From: a virus | DNA length: 64,000 bases | Virus record (IMG/VR): IMGVR_UViG_3300013023_000001 | Location: 1-64,000 of that record | Direction: 5' to 3' (one strand) | In this document: positions 44,092-52,461 of the stretch, one piece after another | Position numbering within the stretch: position 1 is the stretch's first letter | Layout: each line of letters opens with the position of its first letter | Position numbers and translations under genes: made by a program | The notes under the pieces: generated by a model | Database searches by the model: none | Told to the model about the DNA's origin: nothing | Seen by the model: only the letters and a program-made list of their open reading frames with translations

Positions 44092-45927
44092 TCAGTGTGT
44101 ATGTAACCAATTAGCTCCAATCTGATAATCAGAAGCCAATGGACATTCCATTTTCAGATATTCTCCAGCCCTTTTAACACACAGTGCCATAAGTTCTGTT
44201 AGCTTATCAACATCATTTCTATTACAAGAGAATTGGCCTTCATCATGCATATCAATGACTTTCGCACAACGAACTTTATCACGACGAATCCATTTATCTA
44301 AGAAGATCATTGCATACTTCATAACAATAGCCCCGGCGCTCTGTAATAAAGTATTTAGTGCTTTATGTGTCATAACCTTACCTTGAGCATCTCTACGCAT
44401 GGTAATCCTACGACCATCAACACCCTCAATATAACCTTTCTTAGCTTTCTCTGTCATACGGTCAATAAGAATTGCAATACAAGGATTCTCTGCTAAGAAT
44501 CTTTCTCTCATAATTGCACCTTCTTCTTTACCACCTCCAGTGATACTGCCAAGCTTAAGATCTCCCGCACCATAGTTGAATGCATAAATAAACGTCTTAG
44601 CATTATCACGAGTAGGTAGGCCAGCTAATTTCATATTATGAGTATGAATGTCGCCGTCTAACAGAATGTCACGATAAAGAATTGCAGAGGCTAGACCACG
44701 TTCTGCTGTTGCTTTTTTAGAAGGGTTATTCTCTTCAACCGCTTCTTTTAACATGGCCCTACACTCAAAGATGAGGTAGTGAGCTAGCATACGAAGTTCT
44801 AAACCTGAACCATCATAACCAACAAATATCTCACGTCCTTGAGGGATGTAATACTTGTGGATTCCTACAGGTTTGTTTTTCTTCTGGTCATAAATAACGT
44901 TAGTGCCTGACTTAATATAGCAACCGTCTGGTACACTGTTAGTGACAATAAACCGAGAAGAATGATCGTCGTCAGCATTAATGTCTGACTGGAATAAGCT
45001 TCGGCACTCGTGACCAAAGAATCCCCTTGATGGAATATTAACCACAACACGATGCTTAAACCGGAAAGTCGGAGTAGCACACGGATTAGCATCTGCCGAC
45101 AACTTACCATCGACACGTTCCTTGTTAATAAGACCTTTGATTAGACCCATGCGATGAGAAGCTATCATACGCTTTTTAAGCAGTCCACCAACACGACCTA
45201 GGTCACCATCAAGACTTTCATCCAATGTGTCCTCTAAGTCCGTAGGAGCAGTAATCCACTTATCAGATAGGGCAAGCTTCTTTTTGATTTGATCAAAAGT
45301 CGGTGGCCTTGTTTTTACATTGAAACCTAATCCATAAAGATAAGCTTTCATGTAGTTTACAGAACGTTGCTTAAAATGTTTTTGTACGAATTTTTGAATA
45401 TCCGCATCAACCATTGCAGCAATCTGACGCTCTTTTGCATTCCCTCGACTGTACTGATTTAGCCATTCGGCATAAGTCATACGTTGGAGGTCACGACGAA
45501 ACTCATGTACGTTCCACGGCTTCTTCGTTGTATTCCACTCTGGAGGAAGAAAACCTTCATCCATTAGTGCTTCTTTAACACGTTGTACTTTCGAGGGGTC
45601 AAAATCTACATACTCTACCGCTGTAAACGGCCCACCGATTTCCTCTCTTGTCAAACCTACCCTATCAGCATATTCTTTGGGCCATTTAGATAAATCGCCA
45701 TTTAGCTTAAAAGGTTTACGATAGGATGTACCGTCTAAACGCATTTTAGGTAACAGAGGGATTAGTTCAAGATCAATCTTAAGAATATATTCAGTTAAGA
45801 CATGAACAAACCATCTAGCTTGTCTACCGTTAAAACTGACTCCATGTTTTGATTGCCTGCTAATAATGTCAGCTACACACATTTCAACTTTAAACGGGTC
45901 GTAGTTAACATTCTTTCCATCGGTCAT
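44092..45927 (-). CDS. family A DNA polymerase, polymerase domain only
   Basis: Motif A YDGSGLELRMLAHY, motif B RDNAKTFIYAFNYGAG, motif C IDMHDEGQF. No DEDD exonuclease motifs in this ORF. Confidence 0.9.
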   Translation of the reverse strand: MTDGKNVNYDPFKVEMCVADIISRQSKHGVSFNGRQARWFVHVLTEYILKIDLELIPLLPKMRLDGTSYRKPFKLNGDLSKWPKEYADRVGLTREEIGGPFTAVEYVDFDPSKVQRVKEALMDEGFLPPEWNTTKKPWNVHEFRRDLQRMTYAEWLNQYSRGNAKERQIAAMVDADIQKFVQKHFKQRSVNYMKAYLYGLGFNVKTRPPTFDQIKKKLALSDKWITAPTDLEDTLDESLDGDLGRVGGLLKKRMIASHRMGLIKGLINKERVDGKLSADANPCATPTFRFKHRVVVNIPSRGFFGHECRSLFQSDINADDDHSSRFIVTNSVPDGCYIKSGTNVIYDQKKNKPVGIHKYYIPQGREIFVGYDGSGLELRMLAHYLIFECRAMLKEAVEENNPSKKATAERGLASAILYRDILLDGDIHTHNMKLAGLPTRDNAKTFIYAFNYGAGDLKLGSITGGGKEEGAIMRERFLAENPCIAILIDRMTEKAKKGYIEGVDGRRITMRRDAQGKVMTHKALNTLLQSAGAIVMKYAMIFLDKWIRRDKVRCAKVIDMHDEGQFSCNRNDVDKLTELMALCVKRAGEYLKMECPLASDYQIGANWLHTH

Positions 45928-46300
45928 TCTTTATGATCCTTCTAATATGGGTACTAGAGACTCCAAACCTCCTTCCTAGAGGCTTTGCACCATACTCTCT
46001 ACTACCTGAAACATAAATCTTTCTAATTAAATTGACTTGTTCTTGTGTTAATCTTGCAGATTGATGTTGTTCACCTTTATTGGCAACTTTTAAACCAGTA
46101 TCAAATGCATGTTGAATATTATGAGAATACGTACACCACTCAAGATTGGATGGATCATTATTCCACTTATTACCATCTATATGATTAACACAAGGTAAAT
46201 TATTGGGATTAGGGACGAAGTTTTCTGCTACCCAGCGATGTATGTGAACCCTTTTTCCATCCACTCTCATCTTTTTGTAATAATCTTTTTGTACATCCAT
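45905..46300 (-). CDS. HNH homing endonuclease (paralogue of 5322..5777)
   Basis: NPNNLPCVNHIDGNKWNNDPSNLEWCTYSHN motif and a matching C-terminal HTH-like tail. Overlaps the polymerase start by 23 nt. Confidence 0.85.
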   Translation of the reverse strand: MDVQKDYYKKMRVDGKRVHIHRWVAENFVPNPNNLPCVNHIDGNKWNNDPSNLEWCTYSHNIQHAFDTGLKVANKGEQHQSARLTQEQVNLIRKIYVSGSREYGAKPLGRRFGVSSTHIRRIIKNDRWKEC

Positions 46301-46318
46301 GTACCTAAAAGCTCCTAG

Positions 46319-46480
46319 TTATTTTTTATTTATTAAAACCTCTATTACATCATAGTCATCTTCCATTCCTGACACTATTAAAGCTTTCCAAGCATCTTTG
46401 GCAGATTCATAGATATAATAATTACGAGATTTTTTATTTAAAATCATTTGACCAGTGTCTTTTATAACAACAGCAAACAT
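46319..46480 (-). CDS. hypothetical protein (53 aa from the TAATG-coupled start)
   Basis: The ATG at 46480 overlaps the stop of the upstream gene. No motif recognised. Confidence 0.45.
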   Translation of the reverse strand: MFAVVIKDTGQMILNKKSRNYYIYESAKDAWKALIVSGMEDDYDVIEVLINKK

Positions 46481-47016
46481 TACAACTTCGTTTCTATCCA
46501 AGATTTAATGTCCTCTATTTTATGATTATCAAACATATTCCAACAATCAACACCAAACCTTTCAGCAAGCTTAACAGCAGTAGCTGTTCCACCTTTAACA
46601 CTTCCACCTCTAGTACGAGGGGCAAAATATATTAAGAATGAGCTAGGATCTGGGTTAGAAGAATCTCTACCAAGAACTTGATTAACATTTCTGGCATGTA
46701 AAGCTTGAGCACCACGACCTAGGGAATAGAATACAGGATGGATAGTAGAAGCAATCTCTCTGGAATTTACATCATTACCTCTGACAAAAATCCCTTCCTC
46801 TGATACCGACCTGTCATTGAAATTTCCCCAAGGAATATAAATTTCCTTGTCACCACCCCAATTATCGCATCCAGTTTCAAAAGCTGTATCAGCACCATCA
46901 GCACCACCGCTTCTGAGAATACAACCCTTTTCAGAGCACCAATTAGCCAAATCTTCCATTATATCAAGAATAGCTTTTGGTGTTTCTCTACTACCTATTC
47001 CTGTATAATAAATCAT
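46480..47016 (-). CDS. DprA/SLOG-like Rossmann-fold nucleotide-binding protein
   Basis: YTGIGSRETP...GCILRSGGADGADTAFE matches the DprA/Smf-LOG (SLOG) glycine-rich pattern GSR...SGGAxGxD. Confidence 0.55.
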   Translation of the reverse strand: MIYYTGIGSRETPKAILDIMEDLANWCSEKGCILRSGGADGADTAFETGCDNWGGDKEIYIPWGNFNDRSVSEEGIFVRGNDVNSREIASTIHPVFYSLGRGAQALHARNVNQVLGRDSSNPDPSSFLIYFAPRTRGGSVKGGTATAVKLAERFGVDCWNMFDNHKIEDIKSWIETKL

Positions 47017-47249
47017 TTATTCTGCTCTTTTTGGATAGTGTGTAGGACAGCATCCCAAACTGTTTCATATAGTTCAGGACGTTTATTAGAAACTACAACG
47101 TAATCACGTATAGGCTTACCATTTTGAAGCCTATTAGATTCAATACCCTCCAAAAGTTGCTGTAGGGTTTCTTTTCCGTGGTCACTAAGATAAGCATCTA
47201 CATCATTACGATTAATAACAATGTAGTGGCCCATGTCACGTTCAATCAT
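47013..47249 (-). CDS. hypothetical protein (78 aa)
   Basis: ATGA-coupled leftward ORF. No motif recognised. Confidence 0.5.
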   Translation of the reverse strand: MIERDMGHYIVINRNDVDAYLSDHGKETLQQLLEGIESNRLQNGKPIRDYVVVSNKRPELYETVWDAVLHTIQKEQNK

Positions 47250-47251
47250 AA

Positions 47252-47542
47252 TTAAGCACCAACAGTTTGACCAACTACAGGGAAAGGTTTAAGGCTCTCT
47301 ACAGAGCTACATAAGGCAGGTACATTTTTATAGCTTAGAAAGCGACCAGAATGGTCTCGGATGATTACATTAGTGCGGGCTGTTGCATCAGCAAATAAAG
47401 TGATACCCTCTTTAAACATGTCGATATTTTCTTGTTCAGAGGAGATATCATAAGGTGTATAAGTATTGAGGATTACTTTATCACCAAACACATCAGCAAC
47501 AGATACGGAATGGATTTGTAAAGAAGAGATATTTTTTGACAT
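47252..47542 (-). CDS. hypothetical protein (96 aa)
   Basis: First ORF after the terminator at 47562-47596, with an AGGAATAG SD. No motif recognised. Confidence 0.55.
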   Translation of the reverse strand: MSKNISSLQIHSVSVADVFGDKVILNTYTPYDISSEQENIDMFKEGITLFADATARTNVIIRDHSGRFLSYKNVPALCSSVESLKPFPVVGQTVGA

Positions 47543-47561
47543 ATTACTATTCCTAATAGTA

Positions 47562-47596
47562 TAAAAAAGAAAAACCCGCTAGATCCTTCTAGCAGG
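47562..47596 (-). terminator. Rho-independent terminator
   Basis: Minus strand: CCTGCTAGA-AGGA-TCTAGCGGG followed by TTTTTCTTTTTT. Same GCTAGA/TCTAGC stem core as the terminator at 41971-42002. Confidence 0.85.
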
Positions 47597-47601
47597 TTGT
47601 A

Positions 47602-47817
47602 TTACATTTCAACGTTAAAACCGCGATCAATAAGATAATCACAAATAGCCTCAGTAGGCACTTGATTTAAAACAAAAGTATTATCTAACTGTGGCCTAAT
47701 ATAAATAAATAGTGTTGTAGGAGAGTAGTGATTTATAACCTCATCAGCAGAGATTTGGTTAAGGATTAATCTACTATCTACTACAGCAGACAGACCGTGC
47801 ATCGCAATATGAGGCAT
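47602..47817 (-). CDS. hypothetical protein (71 aa), tandem paralogue
   Basis: The C-terminus ...EAICDYLIDRGFNVEM matches ...EAIIDYLLNKGYNIEM of the adjacent ORF. Confidence 0.55.
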   Translation of the reverse strand: MPHIAMHGLSAVVDSRLILNQISADEVINHYSPTTLFIYIRPQLDNTFVLNQVPTEAICDYLIDRGFNVEM

Positions 47818-47819
47818 AG

Positions 47820-48104
47820 TTACATCTCTATGTTATAACCTTTATTTAAAAGGTAATCAATGATAGCTTCATCATCGAGATAATCTAAAATTTCACTTGG
47901 ATTAGGATGACGATTAAGAAATTCCCTATCAATACCTTCATCAGATACTGTTTCAATAATTTCATCAACACCGCCAGCAGCTTCAATTAAATCTGAAAAT
48001 CTAAATTCATCTAAAAGCTCTGTTCCAAAATGCCGAACAATCTGACCACAATTGAAATTGCTTAATACATCAAATTCATCGAGAATTAAAGTTATATTAC
48101 TCAA
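47820..48104 (-). CDS. hypothetical protein (94 aa), tandem paralogue
   Basis: See 47602..47817. Acidic protein. Confidence 0.55.
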   Translation of the reverse strand: MSNITLILDEFDVLSNFNCGQIVRHFGTELLDEFRFSDLIEAAGGVDEIIETVSDEGIDREFLNRHPNPSEILDYLDDEAIIDYLLNKGYNIEM

Positions 48105-48418
48105 CTATTTAAAGCTCCTTTTCTCCCACCGGAAGATTTCCCAGCAGTGTTTCCAGATTTTCCGCCGTCTGACCTATTAGCTGCAACTGATCTGATACGT
48201 AGGTTAGATGATTCGTTACTGCCTCCAGATTTGACTGTTTTAATGTGGTCAACGTCTTTACCTTTGATTGCAGCCTTACCAGACCGTTTCTCAACGACAC
48301 GACGTGCGCGGTGGCGAACTGCGTCTCCAGAAGAACTTCCTTTTCCAGTTTCTCCTCTGGCGATAGCTGTTTTGCGTTCTTGATCATAATCTCTTACATA
48401 GCCTTTACTTGAGGGCAT
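48101..48418 (-). CDS. small basic protein with HNH-like motif (105 aa from Met18)
   Basis: GKDVDHIKTVKSGGSNESSNLRIRSVAANRS fits DH...GG...N...N of the HNH fold. Start at 48418 follows AAGGAG. Confidence 0.5.
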   Translation of the reverse strand: MPSSKGYVRDYDQERKTAIARGETGKGSSSGDAVRHRARRVVEKRSGKAAIKGKDVDHIKTVKSGGSNESSNLRIRSVAANRSDGGKSGNTAGKSSGGRKGALNS

Positions 48419-48447
48419 TTTAAACTCCTTGTAGATAAGTGTACACG

Positions 48448-48456
48448 TATACAATA
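48448..48456 (-). promoter_or_regulatory. TATTGTATA: candidate phage-sigma promoter element
   Basis: One mismatch to the recalled TAATGTATA motif. Lies about 30 nt upstream of the start at 48418. Confidence 0.3.
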
Positions 48457-48498
48457 CATATTCATTCATCCGAAGGAGTCTAAGGTGCTATTTGTTGT

Positions 48499-48684
48499 TT
48501 AGCTTCTTTTATTGATACAAGTTAAGATTTCCTGAAATCCTACTGATATACAAAGAAAAATTACAAACCACTTATCAGGAACCATATAATCCAAACCTAT
48601 AGCTACAGCAAAAGCAAAGAAAACTACTGCAAGTGTTGCATTAAAAATCTTACCCATAGTATTAAATAGCCTTTTAGTTGACAT
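48499..48684 (-). CDS. small membrane protein (61 aa, two hydrophobic segments)
   Basis: MSTKRLFNTMGKIFNATLAVVFFAFAVAIGLDYMVPDKWFVIFLCISVGF... The start overlaps the macrodomain stop. Confidence 0.5.
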   Translation of the reverse strand: MSTKRLFNTMGKIFNATLAVVFFAFAVAIGLDYMVPDKWFVIFLCISVGFQEILTCINKRS

Positions 48685-49183
48685 ACTCTGTTCCGTCGAT
48701 CTTATCAAGAGTAAAAATGTAGATATCGTATTTTTCAGGGTCATTAAAAATATTTTCAATAAACCCCGAAACAACTTTCCAATCACCGCCTGCTAAACCA
48801 CAACCAATCAAAGGAAATCCAATTCGAATCAATTCAGGATGAAAATCATCTACTTTCGTATCCAAATCCTCTTTCATTGCTTTCAGAGCAGATTCAAGAG
48901 CGTTGTAATCTGTTCCGTAGGTTGGGTCTTTATTATCGAAAGTATATTGACCATAAAGATTATAGATCAGAGAGGAGTTGTATTTACCGAAGGTAAACGT
49001 TCCTAGTTTATTTTTATCCCCAACCTCTGTAGCATCGTCAGCTTGTTTCGCCTCTGGAAAAGCTTCAAAGATTAGAGGGGCTATTCCCCTCCGTCCCTTG
49101 CAAAAGCAGTTTGCTTGATGGGCAATCACATTTACATGTCCCACCTGTAGGGCATTGATTAGATCCCCTTGAACGTATTTCAT
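48674..49183 (-). CDS. macrodomain (ADP-ribose binding/hydrolase) protein
   Basis: VNVIAHQANCFCKGRRGIAP... and RIGFPLIGCGLAGGDW are macrodomain signatures. Start at 49183 follows GGAGAA. Confidence 0.75.
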   Translation of the reverse strand: MKYVQGDLINALQVGHVNVIAHQANCFCKGRRGIAPLIFEAFPEAKQADDATEVGDKNKLGTFTFGKYNSSLIYNLYGQYTFDNKDPTYGTDYNALESALKAMKEDLDTKVDDFHPELIRIGFPLIGCGLAGGDWKVVSGFIENIFNDPEKYDIYIFTLDKIDGTEYVN

Positions 49184-49227
49184 CTTCTGTTCTCCAGAAA
49201 TTGTCTTCGAAATGTACTGATTCAAAC

Positions 49228-49371
49228 TTACCGGTTAGGAGATTCTTTATTCTCACTTCGTTGTTCCCAAAGAGATTTTAACTTAGTGTAAGCTTCTGCT
49301 TCTTGCTTACGACCTTCTCTAATAGATTCTTCAATCTTTTTATTGCACCAATCCACTGTATTCACTCCCAC
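49228..49371 (-). CDS. small protein (47 aa, GTG start)
   Basis: Not in the track. AAGGAGG lies 5 nt upstream of the GTG at 49371. Translation: VGVNTVDWCNKKIEESIREGRKQEAEAYTKLKSLWEQRSENKESPNR. Confidence 0.4.
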   Translation of the reverse strand: MGVNTVDWCNKKIEESIREGRKQEAEAYTKLKSLWEQRSENKESPNR

Positions 49372-49388
49372 TACAACCTCCTTGTTAC

Positions 49389-49397
49389 TGTACATTA
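49389..49397 (-). promoter_or_regulatory. TAATGTACA: candidate phage-sigma promoter element
   Basis: One mismatch to the recalled TAATGTATA motif. It would leave a very short leader before the SD at 49376-49382, which weakens the call. Confidence 0.2.
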
Positions 49398-49613
49398 ACC
49401 CTCAGACTCCTCTTTGGGTTCTAACGTTGTAACACGCTCGGCTAGACTTCCAAGGAGAAGAACTTGTTTGTTTTGATTTTTAGCTAAGTTTGCAGTGTTA
49501 ATAGCTAGGTCTCTCAAATACTTTTTATACCTTTTCAGAGTAATAGACACCAAATAGGCTTGTACTATCGTGACAAAAGTTACACCTGCAACTACTAACC
49601 AGATCAAGTTCAT
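49395..49613 (-). CDS. single-pass membrane protein (72 aa)
   Basis: N-terminal TMD LIWLVVAGVTFVTIVQAYLVSI followed by a charged helix. Confidence 0.55.
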   Translation of the reverse strand: MNLIWLVVAGVTFVTIVQAYLVSITLKRYKKYLRDLAINTANLAKNQNKQVLLLGSLAERVTTLEPKEESEG

Positions 49614-49625
49614 TATAAATACTCC

Positions 49626-50267
49626 TTACTCAGTCTCAGAAACCCAACCTAAAGCCTTAGCAACTACAGGTAGGTTCTCAGTGAAAATACTTTTTGCTAA
49701 CTCAGCAACTTCCATATGTTCTTTCTGTGTTCCATTCGCTGCACGAAGATTAATATAATTAATCCAGCTACGAACATTACCAGTCATATAAATCGTGGTA
49801 GGGGAACACATAGGGAGAATCATACGAGCACACTCTTTAGCTACCCCTTTTTCAAGAAGTTCACTATACAACTCATATGTTCTATAAAACAATGAATCAA
49901 TCTGTGTGCGATAATGCTCTAGCATATCCCAATCAAGATCATCAATCGAGTTCTGACGATTTTTTGTGTCTTGTCTACGGAGTTCGGGAACATCCGCATA
50001 CTCAACCTCAGCATAACGCTGACTAAACTCTTGAAAGGTAAAGCTTCGATGTCTTAGAATCTGTGCTGAGATAGCTCTTGTTGTCTTAATCTCCAATGTC
50101 ATTGTAGCTTGTTCGAATACAGACCAGTGACCGTGACGTAGACAATAAGAAAGCAGACCAGCAACGTTTGGATTATCTTGATTCGCAGGATTAGATACAC
50201 GAGCGATATAGCCCATAGTTGCTTCTGCATTAGGTGTAATACTTACTAATTTTACTTCTGTAGTCAT
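49626..50267 (-). CDS. thyX: FAD-dependent thymidylate synthase
   Basis: ThyX signature ILRHRSFTFQEFSQRY (RHRxxSxxxxSxR). 213 aa. Confidence 0.9.
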   Translation of the reverse strand: MTTEVKLVSITPNAEATMGYIARVSNPANQDNPNVAGLLSYCLRHGHWSVFEQATMTLEIKTTRAISAQILRHRSFTFQEFSQRYAEVEYADVPELRRQDTKNRQNSIDDLDWDMLEHYRTQIDSLFYRTYELYSELLEKGVAKECARMILPMCSPTTIYMTGNVRSWINYINLRAANGTQKEHMEVAELAKSIFTENLPVVAKALGWVSETE

Positions 50268-50281
50268 CCATGACCCCTTAT

Positions 50282-50497
50282 TTAAATTGTTTCAATGTTC
50301 CCTACATTGGTATGATGTTCAGCTTCGAAATCACCTTTAATTTTATTAGCTTGAGCCATTGTTTTGGCAACTTCTGTACGAGTAGAAACTAAATCAGTGA
50401 AGTCTTCATTCCACTGAGTAAGCTTAACTCGGAAACGATCTGGAAGCGATGAAGAAGGTTGTTCAACACGAAAACGACGAGAATTATTTACAGCCAT
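50282..50497 (-). CDS. hypothetical protein (71 aa)
   Basis: Tightly packed leftward ORF. No motif recognised. Confidence 0.5.
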   Translation of the reverse strand: MAVNNSRRFRVEQPSSSLPDRFRVKLTQWNEDFTDLVSTRTEVAKTMAQANKIKGDFEAEHHTNVGNIETI

Positions 50498-50708
50498 TAT
50501 TTACCTCTTCTCTTAAAAGATAGTATTTATCATCAAAACCACCACGAGGAATGAAATCATCTGGAAGATCAATAACCTCTGGATCGCCTTCATTTTGATA
50601 GAAGTTTTCGTTGTTTTTACATAACCTTTCGGCAAGTAGTATATCTTTAAACCAACGAATACTGGCTCCGCCATCTCCGTTGTCACAAATAACAAGAGCT
50701 ACTTTCAT
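50484..50708 (-). CDS. hypothetical protein (74 aa)
   Basis: Tightly packed leftward ORF. No motif recognised. Confidence 0.5.
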   Translation of the reverse strand: MKVALVICDNGDGGASIRWFKDILLAERLCKNNENFYQNEGDPEVIDLPDDFIPRGGFDDKYYLLREEVNNGCK

Positions 50709-50878
50709 TAAGGAGCTACCTCATTCCATCCAGAACCACAATTAGTACATAGAAATTGAATCATTTTAGTTTCTCTGTAACGTTTATTTTTGCCACGCTT
50801 AGGTGAACTGTCTTCGAGAGTCTTATCAGTAAACTTTCTACAATTCACAGCGGCACTGTCACATTTAAAACATTTCAT
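50708..50878 (-). CDS. small zinc-ribbon protein (56 aa)
   Basis: Not in the track. Translation: MKCFKCDSAAVNCRKF...FLCTNCGSGWNEVAP, with two CxxC pairs. Its stop overlaps the next start (TAATG). Confidence 0.5.
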   Translation of the reverse strand: MKCFKCDSAAVNCRKFTDKTLEDSSPKRGKNKRYRETKMIQFLCTNCGSGWNEVAP

Positions 50879-51040
50879 TTACATAATATCAAAGATAGAA
50901 CGTAAACGGGAAGCATCTGAGCGTCGGACTTGCTGAGAAGAAAACAAAGGTTTTCCATCATTAGTCCAAGCTGCTGCTACCTGACCAGTTTTAATACGTT
51001 TACCACGAAGATTCCAATTTTTCATTGAACGGAAAACCAT
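50879..51040 (-). CDS. small basic protein (53 aa)
   Basis: Not in the track. Translation: MVFRSMKNWNLRGKRIKTGQVAAAWTNDGKPLFSSQQVRRSDASRLRSIFDIM. It abuts its neighbours with no gap. Confidence 0.4.
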   Translation of the reverse strand: MVFRSMKNWNLRGKRIKTGQVAAAWTNDGKPLFSSQQVRRSDASRLRSIFDIM

Positions 51041-51041
51041 T

Positions 51042-51347
51042 TCACTTCTCCACATAATATTCGTTAAACATTTCTTCTGCTTTATAAAGATCTCTTACAT
51101 GAAAGAAATCCTTACTTCCTGCTCGATAAAAATCCATTAGTTCAGGGTTCTTATCATATGCAACATTCCAAACAGCTTGACCCCAACGAAGTGCATTGAA
51201 AGACCTACGACGCTCTTCTTCTGCAATTGCAATAATTGCGTAAGCTTCTGCTACAGTAAACTTTCTAGGCTCTTTTGTTTCAATTTTTACAGGAGGCTTA
51301 AGAGCGTTCTTACAAATGTGTACAAGCTGTTTAAAATGTTTCATCAC
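51042..51347 (-). CDS. hypothetical protein (101 aa)
   Basis: First ORF after the terminator at 51352-51386. No motif recognised. Confidence 0.55.
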   Translation of the reverse strand: MMKHFKQLVHICKNALKPPVKIETKEPRKFTVAEAYAIIAIAEEERRRSFNALRWGQAVWNVAYDKNPELMDFYRAGSKDFFHVRDLYKAEEMFNEYYVEK

Positions 51348-51351
51348 TACT

Positions 51352-51386
51352 CCAGAGAAAAGAAAACCCCGCCTTATTTGGCAGGG
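51352..51386 (-). terminator. Rho-independent terminator overlapping the end of 51374..51841
   Basis: Minus strand: CCCTGCC-AAATAA-GGCGGGG followed by TTTTCTTTTC. Confidence 0.7.
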
Positions 51387-51841
51387 TCATTTATACATTC
51401 AGTTAGGCAGTAAATAGCATCTTCAATACAGTTGCAAATTTTACCAACTACTGATTTATCTCCTACAGAAGTTAAGCAAACGAAACCTATATCTAAACAA
51501 GATTTCATTTCCATCAGTAGGTTTAAAAGCTGTGGTGCAATACTTGCTTCGTACTCAAAGTCACATATAGTAACATCGGCAAAGCTTACAGGAACACCTT
51601 TAATTTGAACTAATCTGGCTAATTCATCATAATGACAGCCAAAATCACAAGAAAGAGAGCAAAGCATATCAGCTTTCTCTTTAGAATTATATTTAGCGAT
51701 TTTAGCATTAACACTGATAGAAAGAGCGTGTCTAGCTAAATCAAGTAGAATCTCAGACGGATCTTGATATCCGGTAACAAGACTCTGCATAGAAGTCAAT
51801 CTACCCATAGATGACTCAAATCTTACATCGTTAAGATCCAT
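51374..51841 (-). CDS. Cys-rich hypothetical protein (155 aa)
   Basis: Eleven Cys residues, including CSLSCDFGCH and CNCIEDAIYCLTEC. No family recognised. Confidence 0.55.
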   Translation of the reverse strand: MDLNDVRFESSMGRLTSMQSLVTGYQDPSEILLDLARHALSISVNAKIAKYNSKEKADMLCSLSCDFGCHYDELARLVQIKGVPVSFADVTICDFEYEASIAPQLLNLLMEMKSCLDIGFVCLTSVGDKSVVGKICNCIEDAIYCLTECINDPAK

Positions 51842-51844
51842 TTA

Positions 51845-52162
51845 TTAATCTCCGTCTACGTTTTCAGAATGAGCAACATTTCTCTGAATATTATCAAGAA
51901 CTTGTTGAGTTATAACAATACAGTTGGTTGGAAGCACATCTTTAGATTTACCCTTTTCAGGGTCATAAACTTTAATGCGTTTCTCTGTACTACCAACTAC
52001 TTGCAAAACTTTCAACAGATACCCTTGATTGCCTATAGACCAAGCAACAATGTCTCTATTTTTGATATAACGGCCTAACATGTCTCTATGATAATATTTT
52101 TGCATTACCTTAGATTTATTGACAGTTTCGTCAGGAGGAGCAATTTGTCTGAGATCAATCAT
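51845..52162 (-). CDS. hypothetical protein (105 aa)
   Basis: Tightly packed leftward ORF. No motif recognised. Confidence 0.55.
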   Translation of the reverse strand: MIDLRQIAPPDETVNKSKVMQKYYHRDMLGRYIKNRDIVAWSIGNQGYLLKVLQVVGSTEKRIKVYDPEKGKSKDVLPTNCIVITQQVLDNIQRNVAHSENVDGD

Positions 52163-52164
52163 GA

Positions 52165-52422
52165 TTATGCTCCTTGATAATTACTAATCCAGTCCCTTAG
52201 CTGAGATTCAGACATTGGGCCAGAGTGCTTATAATTATCATCAAGGAACAGGGTAGGAACATTACGAACACCCAATTCAGCCGCTTTTGCAGATCCTTCA
52301 TCTGACCGTGCATTTAATTCCTTTAATTCAATTTCAGGGAACTCAGCTAACACTTTAGCAATAATCGGAGTCATTGCTTTACATGGAGCACAAGTGTCGG
52401 TGTAAAGTTTAGTTAATACCAT
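52165..52422 (-). CDS. thioredoxin-like protein (85 aa)
   Basis: CAPC active site and the downstream cis-Pro motif NVPT. Confidence 0.8.
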   Translation of the reverse strand: MVLTKLYTDTCAPCKAMTPIIAKVLAEFPEIELKELNARSDEGSAKAAELGVRNVPTLFLDDNYKHSGPMSESQLRDWISNYQGA

Positions 52423-52461
52423 TTGCGAATATCCTTATTCTTATGTACATAGATACTATTA

